NCBI GenBank assembly: GCA_030950485.1
Contig: JAUZRK010000002.1
Coordinates: 111 to 64,110 of the forward strand
DNA length: 64,000 nucleotides
Direction of reading: 5' to 3'
Source of the DNA: Candidatus Dojkabacteria bacterium
Lineage (GTDB): Bacteria > Patescibacteriota > Dojkabacteria > J137
Shown here: positions 18,083 to 29,270 of the stretch, in pieces
Layout: the number at the start of each line of letters is the position of its first letter
How positions within the stretch are numbered: position 1 is the stretch's first letter
The notes under the pieces: generated by a model
The model's database searches: none
What the model saw: only the letters and a program-made list of their open reading frames with translations
What the model was told of the DNA's origin: nothing
Program-made: the position numbers and the translations under genes

Positions 18083-20041
18083 TTAATCAATCTTCAACGC
18101 AGCTAAAAATGCTTCTTTTGGAATTTCTACTTTTCCAAACATCTTTAATTTCTGCTTTCCTTTCTTTTGTTTTTCTCTTAGCTTCTTCTTTCTAGTCTCA
18201 TCACCACCATATAATTTTGCAGTTACATCTTTTTTATAGGCTGCAATTGTTTCTCTTGCTACAACATTTGAAGGTGCTCCAATAGCTGCTTGAATTGGAA
18301 CTTTGAATTGTTGTTTTGGAATAATATCTTTTAATTTAGAAACAAGCTCTTTACCTCTATAAGTAGCCATATCTCTATGCGCTAAAAATGATAAAGGTTC
18401 TACTTCTTCTTCATTAATTAAAACAAATACCTTAGTTATATCACCAGCTCTATACTCTAAGAAACTATAGTCCATTGAAGCATATCCATGACTGACAGAT
18501 TTTAATTTGTCAAAAAAGTTTACTATTATTTCTACTGTTGGCATTTCATAGGTAATTACAGCGTGTTTATTTGAACCAGTCCCTTTGGAAATATAATTCA
18601 TTCCCTTATAAACTCCTCTACTCTTTTGTGAAAGCTCCATTACTTCTCCAATATATTCTTCAGGAGTGAATATTTCAACTTTTACCCAAGGCTCGTAAAC
18701 CTCTTCGAATAAACTTCCATCAGGAAATTCTGCAGCTGTTCTAATTGTAGCGATGTTAGTTTCAGCATCAATGCTACTTGTTTTAATATAAGGTACTTTT
18801 GAGTAATCCTTAGTTGTTAATTTAACTTTAAACTCTACCGTTGGAGTTGTACTAATTAGATTTATATCAAACTCTCTCTCTAGTCTTTCTTGTGTAATTT
18901 CTAAATGCAGTAGTCCTAAAAATCCACAAACAAATCCTGTACCAAGTGCTTGAGAATATTCTTTTTGATAACTTAAAGCTGCATCGTTAATAGAAAGTTT
19001 TTCTAATGCAGTTTTAAAATCTTCATAATCTGAAGCTTCAACAGGATATAAACTTGCGAAAACCATAGATTGAGGTTTTTGATAACCCATAAGTTGTTTG
19101 AAACTTCTCTGTCTATCACCTGGAAGAACTTCAGTTACAGTATCTCCACTATGTACTTTACTAATATCTTTTAACCCAGTTGCAAGATAGCCCACTTCTC
19201 CTTCCATTAAGTTTTCTTGAGGAATCATTTTTGGCTTTAAATAACCAATCTCGATAGGGTCTATACTATTTTTGACACCTACCATATAGAGCTTATCTTT
19301 CTTTTTAATCTCTCCTGAGACCACTTTTACTAATGCTATTACTCCTTTATATTCATGATAAAAAGCATCAAAAATTAAAGCTCTAGTTTCCTCTCTTTCA
19401 GGTTCAGGAATATCTAAATATATTAATGAATTTTCTTTATCAGGCGCTGGTACTCGCTCAACTATTGCATCTAATATATCTTTTGTACCTATTCCAGTTT
19501 TACCTGATGCTAGTATAATTTCATCTTCTGTAAATCCAAAAGCCTCCATAACTTCTGCTTTTACTCTTTCTACTTCTGCGTTTGGAAGATCTACTTTATT
19601 TAAAACTGGAATAATCTTTAAGTCATATTCCATTGCTTTATATATAGTAGTAAGAGTTTGCGCTTGTATTCCTTGCGATGCGTCAATTAAAAGTAAAGCT
19701 CCTTCAGAAGCCGCTACTGATCTTGAAACTTCGTAACTAAAGTCTACGTGTCCTGGCGTATCGATTAAATTCAGTATGTAATTTTGGGTTGTATGCTCTA
19801 GATTTGGTGTTTTTGAAGTTGAACTATCGTATTTGTAATCTAATCTTGCTGTCTGTAGTTTAATGGTTATACCACGTTCTTGTTCAAGTTCTAGAGTATC
19901 CATTACTCTATCCTTTATCTCTCTTTTTTGCATTGTTCCTGTAAATTCGATTAATCTATCGGCTAAGGTAGATTTACCGTGATCTATATGGGCAATAATA
20001 CAAAAGTTTCTAATTGTTGCTAAGTGCTCTTTGTCTGTCAT
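18083..20041 (-). CDS. lepA: Elongation factor 4 (LepA)
   Basis: IRNFCIIAHIDHGKSTLADRLIE G1 motif, DTPGHVDF, and C-terminal LepA_C-like GKVEIPKEAFLAALKID. A ~50-aa insertion lies in the G domain. Confidence 0.9.
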   Translation of the reverse strand: MTDKEHLATIRNFCIIAHIDHGKSTLADRLIEFTGTMQKREIKDRVMDTLELEQERGITIKLQTARLDYKYDSSTSKTPNLEHTTQNYILNLIDTPGHVDFSYEVSRSVAASEGALLLIDASQGIQAQTLTTIYKAMEYDLKIIPVLNKVDLPNAEVERVKAEVMEAFGFTEDEIILASGKTGIGTKDILDAIVERVPAPDKENSLIYLDIPEPEREETRALIFDAFYHEYKGVIALVKVVSGEIKKKDKLYMVGVKNSIDPIEIGYLKPKMIPQENLMEGEVGYLATGLKDISKVHSGDTVTEVLPGDRQRSFKQLMGYQKPQSMVFASLYPVEASDYEDFKTALEKLSINDAALSYQKEYSQALGTGFVCGFLGLLHLEITQERLEREFDINLISTTPTVEFKVKLTTKDYSKVPYIKTSSIDAETNIATIRTAAEFPDGSLFEEVYEPWVKVEIFTPEEYIGEVMELSQKSRGVYKGMNYISKGTGSNKHAVITYEMPTVEIIVNFFDKLKSVSHGYASMDYSFLEYRAGDITKVFVLINEEEVEPLSFLAHRDMATYRGKELVSKLKDIIPKQQFKVPIQAAIGAPSNVVARETIAAYKKDVTAKLYGGDETRKKKLREKQKKGKQKLKMFGKVEIPKEAFLAALKID

Positions 20042-20173
20042 ATCGGGGATATTATAGCAGTAAGTCTGGTATTAAGGTAATAGTGAAAATTCTAAATGGA
20101 ATCGATTAAACTAAACGCTTTTGCCTTAGCTATACTTAGTGTTAAAATTCAAAGTTTAAAATAAAGAAAAAAT

Positions 20174-20536
20174 ATGGTGCTAAAAGATGGGGACTATAAT
20201 ATTATAAGTGATGATGCTGAGGGTATTGAAAATAAATTAGAAGATGCTTTGAATTTATTCGATCCTATTGATGATAATAATGGGAGAAATAGACTAGATA
20301 ACATTCTTAACCAACTTGCCCAAGATGATCAGCTAGCTATGACTAGTGCTATTAAGCTTGCAGCAGTTTTTGGATTTCCAAAAGTAGATAGATTATTTGG
20401 AGAAGAGTCTGAACATATGTTTGAAAGCGCTGAACATTTCGTTCTATCGCTAGGTCTTTATTTAATGAGACTTGTAGAGATTAGAGAGCATTTCTTAGAC
20501 CAAATTGATTTTCTATACGATATATCAAAAGATTAG
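20174..20536 (+). CDS. Hypothetical acidic protein
   Basis: 120-aa ORF; first of a co-directional run of small acidic ORFs. Confidence 0.5.
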   Translation: MVLKDGDYNIISDDAEGIENKLEDALNLFDPIDDNNGRNRLDNILNQLAQDDQLAMTSAIKLAAVFGFPKVDRLFGEESEHMFESAEHFVLSLGLYLMRLVEIREHFLDQIDFLYDISKD

Positions 20537-20761
20537 GGCGCTAACTATAATAAATTTAATTCTGATTCATTTTTTGAAGAAATGGACAACGGATTGATTG
20601 AGACTTTCGAAGGTGTTAAAGGAATGAGGTACTCATAATCTTATAATAAAAAATATTGGGAATGGGTAAATACAAACGTAGTAGCAGTAGAGAAAAATCC
20701 AAACTTAGCAGTTTTTATATATTTATATCATAAGACTGTTGATAGCTATACTTTAGATGGG

Positions 20762-21085
20762 GTGGCAGCTATGCCAGATGCGATAATAGATAGTATGAAA
20801 AGAGCTATTTCAATTAGTGCTCTTAGGGTGAATGGCGGGCAGACTTATGCTGATTTAATTAACTCAAGAGAAGGGATGACTATTGTAAATTTAAGTCCCG
20901 ATTCACATTTAAAAGTAAATACTTTGTTAGAAGGATTATTCCAATCTGGAGTTAATTTTGCTAGTAGGGTTGAAACTACTAATGTTTTAAGGAAATTAAG
21001 GGAAACGGATCGTCAGAAATATGAGGCTGTAAAGTTAAGGGTTTTTGATGTATTGAGGTATTTGGAATTTAGAAATTCGCACTAA
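20762..21085 (+). CDS. Hypothetical protein
   Basis: 107-aa ORF. Confidence 0.45.
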   Translation: MAAMPDAIIDSMKRAISISALRVNGGQTYADLINSREGMTIVNLSPDSHLKVNTLLEGLFQSGVNFASRVETTNVLRKLRETDRQKYEAVKLRVFDVLRYLEFRNSH

Positions 21086-21175
21086 AAAGTATCGCAATTT
21101 TCTCTCTTTATTATAAACTGATTCTGTTGCCTAAAACAGATAACTCTAGCATGATGATATATTTGATATATAGAT

Positions 21176-21880
21176 ATGTCAGATTTAGATCAGAATAATT
21201 CGTTTGATGATTGGTATGATAATTCATTTGAAGAACCTTCAGCAGACTTGCTGGAGGAGCAGTCGAATAAATTGCACTTAATGATTGCTTCTGAATCTTC
21301 ACCCGAGCAACTACAGACAGTAAGAAGTTTATTTGAACTATCAAAACTTGATATAAACCTTAGTAGTTCGAGAAGTATTAATTTGGAATATGGAGCTACT
21401 TCTCTTGATATGTCTTATAAATTTTTTAGTATTCTGGATGAAATCTTTTCAGACTTGAATTTAGGGCATGTACCTTCAGAGGGAACTATTAAGATTTTTG
21501 CAGGGAGGTGTGAGGACAAAAACCAAGATGAAGTTCTAAAACTAACTGTTCATATTACTGGGTTAATTCTTGATAATTCGCTACTACAAGATTTAGAGAG
21601 CACTGTTAAATTAAATTTTTCATTTTATACTAACAAATCTGAAGTCGAAATAGATTTACTTGATTCTGAAAATGATGATTCAGGACTAGTTTACAATCAA
21701 GTCTTTAATTTAAAGGGTTCTAACTCTGGAGATAGTGCAGATTTTGAATCAATTTCAGGCAATACAAGGGTATTACCAATATATGAGGATGGGAGTAGTG
21801 GTAAAGCCAATTTTGAAATAAAGATAAAGCTGGCTAATCTTATTAATTGTTTGGTTAACGAATTAAACCCTTCAAAATAG
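21176..21880 (+). CDS. Hypothetical acidic protein
   Basis: 234-aa ORF, D/E/S-rich. Confidence 0.5.
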   Translation: MSDLDQNNSFDDWYDNSFEEPSADLLEEQSNKLHLMIASESSPEQLQTVRSLFELSKLDINLSSSRSINLEYGATSLDMSYKFFSILDEIFSDLNLGHVPSEGTIKIFAGRCEDKNQDEVLKLTVHITGLILDNSLLQDLESTVKLNFSFYTNKSEVEIDLLDSENDDSGLVYNQVFNLKGSNSGDSADFESISGNTRVLPIYEDGSSGKANFEIKIKLANLINCLVNELNPSK

Positions 21881-21964
21881 ATAGTTCTGTAATTCTGTAG
21901 TTAAAAAATGCCTAAATGGATATTGTTAACTATAATTGGAGACTTAATATTTTAAGTCAATAGT

Positions 21965-22189
21965 ATGGGTGTTATAGATTTTAGTGATCCAGGATTTCCA
22001 GGAGGAGAAGAGCCGGAAGATGGAGCTTTATATCAAGAAATCGACTTTACTGAAAATTGTATTGATGAAGAAGGAGGATATACTCCAAAAAGACTAAATT
22101 TAGCTCTTGATGAAATATCTTTAGCTGAAGTATCTGAAGTTCTAAGTCAGCTCCAAAATTTTATAATTAATCATCAATATAAAATGTAG
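21965..22189 (+). CDS. Hypothetical small acidic protein
   Basis: 74-aa ORF. Confidence 0.4.
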   Translation: MGVIDFSDPGFPGGEEPEDGALYQEIDFTENCIDEEGGYTPKRLNLALDEISLAEVSEVLSQLQNFIINHQYKM

Positions 22190-22233
22190 TTATATCGGCT
22201 CCTATATGGAAATCTATAGTAGGCGGAAATACA

Positions 22234-22386
22234 ATGGGTAGAGCTGAATACGTTATTTCCATAGATGAAGAAGCTTTGAAAAAAGACACAAAAGTAAAGG
22301 TGAAAATAGATGTCTATGAAGTCTCAACTTTTGGAGGAGAAAGTATTAGAATGGCTGAGGAAAATGCAGAAAGAATAATGAACTAA
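22234..22386 (+). CDS. Possible small protein (50 aa), below the ORF-track cutoff
   Basis: ATG preceded by AGGCGGAAAT (RBS-like). MGRAEYVISIDEEALKKDTKVKVKIDVYEVSTFGGESIRMAEENAERIMN. Followed by a bidirectional hairpin at ~22486-22517. Confidence 0.3.
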   Translation: MGRAEYVISIDEEALKKDTKVKVKIDVYEVSTFGGESIRMAEENAERIMN

Positions 22387-22519
22387 GTTTTAATTCCTAT
22401 ATTAAAGGAGGAATCTATAGCTATAAATATAAGATTAGAGTTTTAACTTATATTTAAAAATGAAAGTTTAGTAGTTAAATAAATAAAAAGAGGTAATCAG
22501 CAGACTGCCTCTTTTTATT

Positions 22520-23122
22520 CTAATTCTCATCATCAAAATCTAACCCTCCAAAAATGTCGGCTTCCATATCAGCCAAAGCATCAGGATCATCTTGGTAATC
22601 ATGGATTAATTCAAAAGTTGGCAAGATAAATAATTCGCCGTCATCCCCATTGAATAATTCAATACCTATTTTTATAAAATCTAATTTTTGATAGTCATCG
22701 CTAAAATTAATACAATTATCTAAAATTATTAAGACTGAATCAGCAACGCTATTAACTGTCTGCCTCTTGGCTTTAATTTTGTTTCCTCTTTCAAGACATG
22801 CAGCTTCGTTAGATAAATCTAAATCTAATAAGTTTTGAGTTAATAAGATCTGATCTAGAACTTTTGTTACTAAACTCTTATAAAGTCTCTCAATCTCCAA
22901 CAAATCCTCGGGTCTCTCATTTAGATCTATAAGTAGGTATGTCCTGGGATTTTTAGCTGATTCTTTTATTAGATTAGCAGTATTTATATTACCTTCCATT
23001 GAATGTCGAACTGCAAGTTCAACAAATTCAGATTGGGAAATTCCTTCCAATCGTTCTACTTCCAAAGATTCTTCTGTATTAATTAGAAAACCATTACCAT
23101 TAATCTCTGCGTATATATCCAT
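22520..23122 (-). CDS. Hypothetical acidic protein
   Basis: 200-aa ORF; D/E-rich C-terminus (DIFGGLDFDDEN). Confidence 0.5.
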   Translation of the reverse strand: MDIYAEINGNGFLINTEESLEVERLEGISQSEFVELAVRHSMEGNINTANLIKESAKNPRTYLLIDLNERPEDLLEIERLYKSLVTKVLDQILLTQNLLDLDLSNEAACLERGNKIKAKRQTVNSVADSVLIILDNCINFSDDYQKLDFIKIGIELFNGDDGELFILPTFELIHDYQDDPDALADMEADIFGGLDFDDEN

Positions 23123-23277
23123 TTTATTTATTATTAACGCTGAATTTTACTTTTGAAACTTATTTTTCGCAAATCTTTTATCATTCTTACGAACTCTTAC
23201 AACTATTCGATTCTTTCCTTGTCTCATGCTTACTAAACACTGTATACTTTAAATGAATTCAAATATTAGTAAATTTT

Positions 23278-24411
23278 ATGGAAATCATTTTAATAGCAGT
23301 CGTAAGCGTGCAATTTTTAGCACTTATATATTTTGGAAACAAAATCCTAAATAAAAAACAAGATAATAATGATTCAGATAAAGAATTAGCAATTATTAAA
23401 GAACAACTTAGAAATTTATCAGAGTCGCAAGGAGATAAAATTGATAAAACAAGAATAGAGCTAAGTAAACTACTTCAAGATCAACTTAATAATTCACAAA
23501 AAACTATTCAGCAGCAGTTTGCGATATCTCAGAAATCAATGTCTGAGACTAACAAATTAACATCTGATATTGTAAAAGAAGTAACAGAAAAATTAACAAA
23601 GCTAGACGATACTAATAAACAAGTAGTTGGTTTTGCTGAACAACTTCAAAGTTTAGAAAATATTTTAAAAAATCCTAAACAAAGAGGAATTCTAGGAGAA
23701 TATTTTTTAGAAAGCGTGCTAAAAAACGTTATGCCTCCTGGATCATTTGAAATGCAATACAAATTTAAAAACGGTGAGATAGTCGATGCTGCAATATTTA
23801 TAGGTAAAGATGCAGATAGAAAGATAATACCAGTTGACTCTAAATTTTCGCTAGAAAACTATAATAAAATCGTCGCTGAAAATGATCCATTAGAAAAAGA
23901 AAAGCTTGAAAAACAGTTTAAAACTGACTTGAAAAATAGAATTGAAGAAACATCTAAATACATTAGACCTGACGAAGGAACTATGGATTTTGCTTTTATG
24001 TTTATTCCAAGTGAAGGAATTTATTATGATCTATTGGTAAATCAAGTAGGAGCTGTAAAGGTAAATACAAGAGATCTAATTCAATACGCTTTCGCGGAGA
24101 AGAACGTAATTATAGTGTCTCCTACTTCATTCCTAGCTTATCTACAAACAGTATTACAAGGATTAAGAGCTTTAAAGATTGAAGAGTCTGCTAAAGTTAT
24201 TCTAGAAAATGTAAGAAAACTTAAAAATCATATGAATGCATATGAAGAGAATTTTGAAAAAGTTGGAAAACATCTGGGAACAACTGTTAATACATACAAC
24301 AAGGCACATAAAGAACTAGGTAAAATCGATAAAGATTTTATGAATATTACTGGGGAAAAAATGGATATAATAAGTGAAGAGGTTGAGGAAAACCCTTTAA
24401 GCTTGATATAA
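23278..24411 (+). CDS. rmuC: DNA recombination protein RmuC
   Basis: N-terminal TM, a long coiled-coil, and C-terminal RmuC-like region (FAFMFIPSEGIYYDLL, NVIIVSPTSFLAYLQTV). Confidence 0.8.
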   Translation: MEIILIAVVSVQFLALIYFGNKILNKKQDNNDSDKELAIIKEQLRNLSESQGDKIDKTRIELSKLLQDQLNNSQKTIQQQFAISQKSMSETNKLTSDIVKEVTEKLTKLDDTNKQVVGFAEQLQSLENILKNPKQRGILGEYFLESVLKNVMPPGSFEMQYKFKNGEIVDAAIFIGKDADRKIIPVDSKFSLENYNKIVAENDPLEKEKLEKQFKTDLKNRIEETSKYIRPDEGTMDFAFMFIPSEGIYYDLLVNQVGAVKVNTRDLIQYAFAEKNVIIVSPTSFLAYLQTVLQGLRALKIEESAKVILENVRKLKNHMNAYEENFEKVGKHLGTTVNTYNKAHKELGKIDKDFMNITGEKMDIISEEVEENPLSLI

Positions 24412-24438
24412 ATAGTAATTCTATTAAATAAAAAAAAG

Positions 24439-24471
24439 GCAGCCATTAGGCTGCCTTTTTTAAACTATTTT
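24439..24471. terminator. Bidirectional rho-independent terminator
   Basis: A-run, then GGCAGCC-ATTA-GGCTGCC, then T-run, between convergent rmuC and the 24465-25106 gene. Confidence 0.8.
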
Positions 24472-25106
24472 GAAATTTCTACAACAATATCTAATCCTGA
24501 AACTGCACTTGCACTTACAAATATATATACATAAGCATTCGTCTCTGTATTATAGTAAATTGTTCCCTGGCTATGAGCGCCAGCTGAAGTTCTACAATTT
24601 ACTTTATAACCAAGTTCTGGTAATGCTTCAACTAACATAGAATAATCAATACCAGGAACTAGAGGTACAGGATTTTCTGAACTTAACTCTTCATCAGTAT
24701 ATTGAACATGTGAACTATAGCTGACAAATTTCATTCCATTAAATTGAAAATCTATTCCATAGTCTAAGCACTGATAACCAGTTTTATTAGTTCTAACTCC
24801 CGTCATATTCTCCACAGCAGAATTAAACACTAATTTATCAGATAAAATTTTAAAAGTAGAAGGTACTTCTGTACTATCAGTATCGTTACTTTGCTCTTCT
24901 GAATTTGAATCTGAATCTGAATCTGAATTATCTTCATTAATTATTTGATCATTACTCTCTTCAATATCCATCTCCAGTTGACTATTATCATTATCCTTGG
25001 ATTCATTTTGATCTAAAAGTATTGTAAAATCTAAAGTTAAAATAATTGAAATAGATGCAGTTATTAAAATGATTGGAATATACTTATTTTTATTATTCAT
25101 AAACAA
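24465..25106 (-). CDS. Secreted or membrane-anchored hypothetical protein
   Basis: N-terminal TM/signal (IPIILITASISIILTLDFTILL); acidic low-complexity linker (SDSDSDSNSEEQSND). Confidence 0.55.
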   Translation of the reverse strand: MFMNNKNKYIPIILITASISIILTLDFTILLDQNESKDNDNSQLEMDIEESNDQIINEDNSDSDSDSNSEEQSNDTDSTEVPSTFKILSDKLVFNSAVENMTGVRTNKTGYQCLDYGIDFQFNGMKFVSYSSHVQYTDEELSSENPVPLVPGIDYSMLVEALPELGYKVNCRTSAGAHSQGTIYYNTETNAYVYIFVSASAVSGLDIVVEISK

Positions 25107-25216
25107 TTTATTTACTAATTATAATATTATATAGGACAAATATAAGAATGTTTAGGGACTATTTAAGATGAATATAAAATATAAAGTTGTTAAGATAACT
25201 TAGTCAATTTCTTTAA

Positions 25217-25849
25217 ATGAATAAAATACCCATTATTATTAATGGGCCAGCTAGATCTGGTAAAGATACATTTATAAAGATGTGTAGGTTGTTCTTACTT
25301 CCTCTTAATATTCCAGTTTACTCATACTCTTCAATTCTACCAATAAAGATGAGAATGCTAGAGGATGGAATTTGGGATGGTAAATCAAAAAAGACTGAGG
25401 AAAGGAGAACGTATATGGTTAATTTGAAAAAGGAAATGAGTCTAAATGGAGACTTGCCTACTAAATATTTATTAGAATCATTTAACTCAAGTAATCCAGG
25501 GATAATTTTCTTTCATATTAGAGAAGCTGCAGAAATTAAACATGCTGTTGAGATTTTTAAAAAAGAGCTTGGAGTTAAGCTATATACACTTCATTATATG
25601 AGATTAGATGAATCTATTGAATCATTTAACTCAGGAGTAGATCATCTATCGCAGACCAGAGAATATGAAAATTATGACTTCGATATTGTAAATGATACGA
25701 AAGGATTAAAAGAAATGAGTAAGATTGTAAGAAACTTTTTATTAGATTTGAAGTTAGATAAACCTGCAAAATATATAAATCTTTCAGATCTTAAAAGAGG
25801 CAAAATACATATAGAATTTAATGATGAAGATAAAAATAAAGTAATTTAA
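25217..25849 (+). CDS. P-loop NTPase, dNMP-kinase-like
   Basis: Walker A IINGPARSGKDTF, similar to deoxynucleoside-monophosphate-kinase-type P-loops. Confidence 0.55.
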   Translation: MNKIPIIINGPARSGKDTFIKMCRLFLLPLNIPVYSYSSILPIKMRMLEDGIWDGKSKKTEERRTYMVNLKKEMSLNGDLPTKYLLESFNSSNPGIIFFHIREAAEIKHAVEIFKKELGVKLYTLHYMRLDESIESFNSGVDHLSQTREYENYDFDIVNDTKGLKEMSKIVRNFLLDLKLDKPAKYINLSDLKRGKIHIEFNDEDKNKVI

Positions 25850-26349
25850 TATTTTATTATTACTTCGTCAATTGTTGAGAACTGAGTAAGAGTTTTGTCT
25901 AATTCTTTTTCTACAGACTCAGAGATAACTATTGAATTACCACAGAAATCAATAGTAGCAACTTGATTTTCTAAAGATAAATTAAAAAACCTCTCGTCAT
26001 CATTTCCACAATTATCTAGCTCACCCTTATCATAAAACAAACTATTGCTATAGCCTTTTTCAGGTTCTAAAGTATTCGGACCTTTCATGTATTCTTCAAC
26101 TAAAAATGTTGCAACGTCTTCCCTTGTAGTCGATCTCTCAACAGCTACAATTTCACCCTCTGAATTACTGAAATATAATTTAAGATACGCAACTCTACTT
26201 TCTGGAATTACTAAATCTAACTTTTCATCTTCTTTTTCTTCGTTTTGAATTTCGTTGCTTAAAATAGTAAAACCAATTATTGCTCCAAGAGCTACAAAGA
26301 GTCCAATATATATTAATTTTTCTAATCTAAGGTTTTTTACTCTATTCAT
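25846..26349 (-). CDS. Membrane-anchored hypothetical protein
   Basis: 167 aa; N-terminal TM (LIYIGLFVALGAIIGFTIL). Confidence 0.5.
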   Translation of the reverse strand: MNRVKNLRLEKLIYIGLFVALGAIIGFTILSNEIQNEEKEDEKLDLVIPESRVAYLKLYFSNSEGEIVAVERSTTREDVATFLVEEYMKGPNTLEPEKGYSNSLFYDKGELDNCGNDDERFFNLSLENQVATIDFCGNSIVISESVEKELDKTLTQFSTIDEVIIKY

Positions 26350-26604
26350 TTAAAGTTCTAATAAAACTTATACCTTAATTATACATTATATATTGGAATT
26401 ACTCAGCTTTTATAAATGATCTTTAATAAAGTAAGTGTTTGAATTTATTATTTATTTAATGATAGATATATTATTTAAGCTCTTTTCTGCTGAAATAACA
26501 GATAAAAGACATAATAAATGCGGATATTAAGCACTTATTGGAAATGTAGATGTTGCTTATAAATGGCACCTAAGGCAAAATAGTTAATATATTGATAATA
26601 TATT

Positions 26605-28704
26605 ATGCATTGCAAAAATCTCGCAATTTTAGCACTAGCAGGTTGTTTAGTATTAATGCCTTCTTTTAAAAATGGTGGTAATGGTGGAGGTTTTACACCA
26701 TCTCCTGGAACTGCATTAGCTCAAGATCAAAACGAGTTTGAAAAAGAGTTTTGGCTTTTTGGCGGATTAAATGTTTATGGAGGGCTAGGACTGAATCAGG
26801 ATACTGGTTTGTTAATTCAAACAATAGATGGAATTATTGAAGCTTATGAAAAAAAACTAAATCAGTTTCAAAAGTATTTTGAAACCGACCAACTTCTTAA
26901 TGTAGACTTGCTAATTCTAGCTCCGACAAAAATGAATACAGATTATGTAAGTTCTAGTATTGAAGTTACGAATAGATTAAGGGAAGAGTATCCGGGTATA
27001 ACTATAAGTTTTAATATGAGGCCCACTGATGAATATACCGATGAAACATTTATTGAGAGGTATACGGAAGTGCTTGAAAGAATAAATTTAGGTGTTATAG
27101 GTGATAAAAGTAATGTAAGAGTTTCATTAGATCTTGAAAAGTGGTTTGTTGACGGTCATAGAGTTACTTCTGCAGAGACTATGAGAGAATTAGAGAGAAT
27201 AGCAGTTGAGGAATTTGGATTACAGGGATTTTCATCTTTATTTGAAGTTATAACAATTAAAGAACCTTCAAATAATATAGATGACGATTTAGAAAATAAT
27301 GAGAGTGGTCAACTATCAAAAACTGAAGTTATTGATGATGAAATTCCTCCAGAAATACCTGCACACAGTTGGAACTTTATAAATCGAAAAATTGCAACAA
27401 TTGCATTAATTTCCATTTTGACAATTTCAACAGGAGTGAGACCTATTCTTGACAAACAAGGTACTAAAGCTCTCTTATCTAGAGTTCCAGCTTGTTTTGC
27501 AATCGGAAGCGCTGCTGAAGATCTTTGGGAAAGTGGGAACAAGTAAGCCGCAATTGAAAGATTATTTCAATCTTATATTGCTTACTGGGGTATATCACTT
27601 GGCGTTGAAAATACTTCTGAGTATTGTGAAGCTATTCTTAATACTGCTATTCAAGAAAATACCATTGCTACTATAAATTTCAATGATATTTTTAATTATG
27701 AAATGCCACCAAGTGGCTTTGAAGTGAATTTAACTGAGACTAGATCATTTGTTGGAGGTGTAGTTAGAGGTTTCTTGCCCGCTACTTATGGTGAAGAAAA
27801 TGTAACCACAGATTCTGGTTATGGGGTAGTTGTTGAGGGAGATATAACTTATATAATTATACCTGGGAGTCATATTCCTGAAGTACAAAATTACTTAGTA
27901 CAGAATTTGGGCTTCGCACTTAATTCACTAGGAACTGAAGAATTTCCAAGAGAAAAGGTGTTAGGAATAAGTGTAAGGAGATTACAGACTCCTCTCTTAA
28001 TTGATTCATATCAATCTTACAAATCGATTGAATATGCCAGAGAAGAGATAAATACTGAACTTCCAATTAACAGCCTCTATCCCTTGATAGCTTTTAATGA
28101 GGGGGAATCTCCAGAGAGTATTATCTATAATGGAAACATTGGAGAACAAATTATTAATGGTGAGATAAATTATGATACTCCATTCCTAGCTTCATACGAT
28201 GGTGTAAATTACGTAATGTTGAATGGGAGAGAAGTAATTGAAAATCAAAGTAGTTTAGTTCATGCAGTACATGGAACTTTCCCTCTATATTCTAATGGTA
28301 GAAACTTAATGAATGATGATAATAGATTCTGGAGAGAACTAGTAGGAGGAACTCAAAGGGCATTTTTAACAATGGAAGATCGAAGCACTTTACCATTAGG
28401 TTTAGCAGTAATTTTTAACTTCGAAGGATCAGATGAAGTGTTTGTAGCAGAGCTCCCTGTACTTTCTTTAATTGATGATCAAGCAAGGAATAGTTTCTTT
28501 ACTGCAATTGAAGAAGCTTACTCGATTCAGTATGGTCGAGAGATGAGAATAGATAAAGCTTTTGCTCCTGATGTTAAATACACTGGTGTTTCTGGAGGTA
28601 ACTTTAATAATTTAGGAGTTGATATTCTGGGAGATAGAAGGAGCGGAGTTTCAGGTTTTCCTTTTTCAACTATTTCATTAGTCATTACTGAAAGAGATAA
28701 CTAA
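26605..28704 (+). pseudogene. Secreted hypothetical protein gene split by one in-frame TAA (27544-27546) into 313-aa and 333-aa ORFs
   Basis: ORFs 26605-27546 and 27703-28704 share a frame. The 156 nt between them is open in that frame (AAIERLFQSYIAYWGISLGVENTSEYCEAILNTAIQENTIATINFNDIFNYE). N-terminal signal peptide MHCKNLAILALAGCLVLMPSF. Confidence 0.5.
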
Positions 28705-29270
28705 TTACTAATGTTATATCTAAAACACCCCACTTCATGATCATTAACTATTCCAGTAGCTTGCATGAATGAATAAATTATTGTTGATCCAACAAACTTA
28801 AAGCCTCTTTTTTTCATATCTTTTGAAATTAAATCTGATTCTATACTTGTAGCTGGAACTTCCTTTATAGATTTTCGTTTATTAACTATTCTTTTTTGAT
28901 TAGGCAAAAATGAATAGAGATAATTATAGAAACTTCCAAACTCTTGCTGAACTTCAATAAATTTTATCGCATTTGTTCTTACAGAATATATTTTTAATCT
29001 ATTTCTAATAATTTCAGAATTCTCTCTCTGCTCTTCTAAAAATTTATCAGATACTTTAGATAATTTTTTATAATCAAAATTTAGAAATGAGTTTCTATAA
29101 CCTTCACATTTTTTCAAAATAGTATCCCAGCTTAAACCAGCTTGGGCACCTTCGAGTCTCAAGAACTCGAAAAATATTGCATCATCTGTTACTTGAACAC
29201 CCCATTCATCATCATGATATTTAACATAGTATTCTTTATCCAAAGGTACCCAATTACATCTATTTTTCAT
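28701..29270 (-). CDS. tag: DNA-3-methyladenine glycosylase I
   Basis: RCNWVPLDKEYYVKYHDDEWGV...EFLRLEGAQAGLSWDTILKK matches the Tag signature (CGWV...YHDNEWGVP...LEGQQAGLSW). Confidence 0.85.
   Translation of the reverse strand: MKNRCNWVPLDKEYYVKYHDDEWGVQVTDDAIFFEFLRLEGAQAGLSWDTILKKCEGYRNSFLNFDYKKLSKVSDKFLEEQRENSEIIRNRLKIYSVRTNAIKFIEVQQEFGSFYNYLYSFLPNQKRIVNKRKSIKEVPATSIESDLISKDMKKRGFKFVGSTIIYSFMQATGIVNDHEVGCFRYNISN

Noticed and set aside
20762-22400. Gas-vesicle or toxin-antitoxin gene cluster
   Set aside because: No GvpA-like hydrophobic 70-aa protein or recognisable toxin/antitoxin folds or motifs; the function stays unknown.
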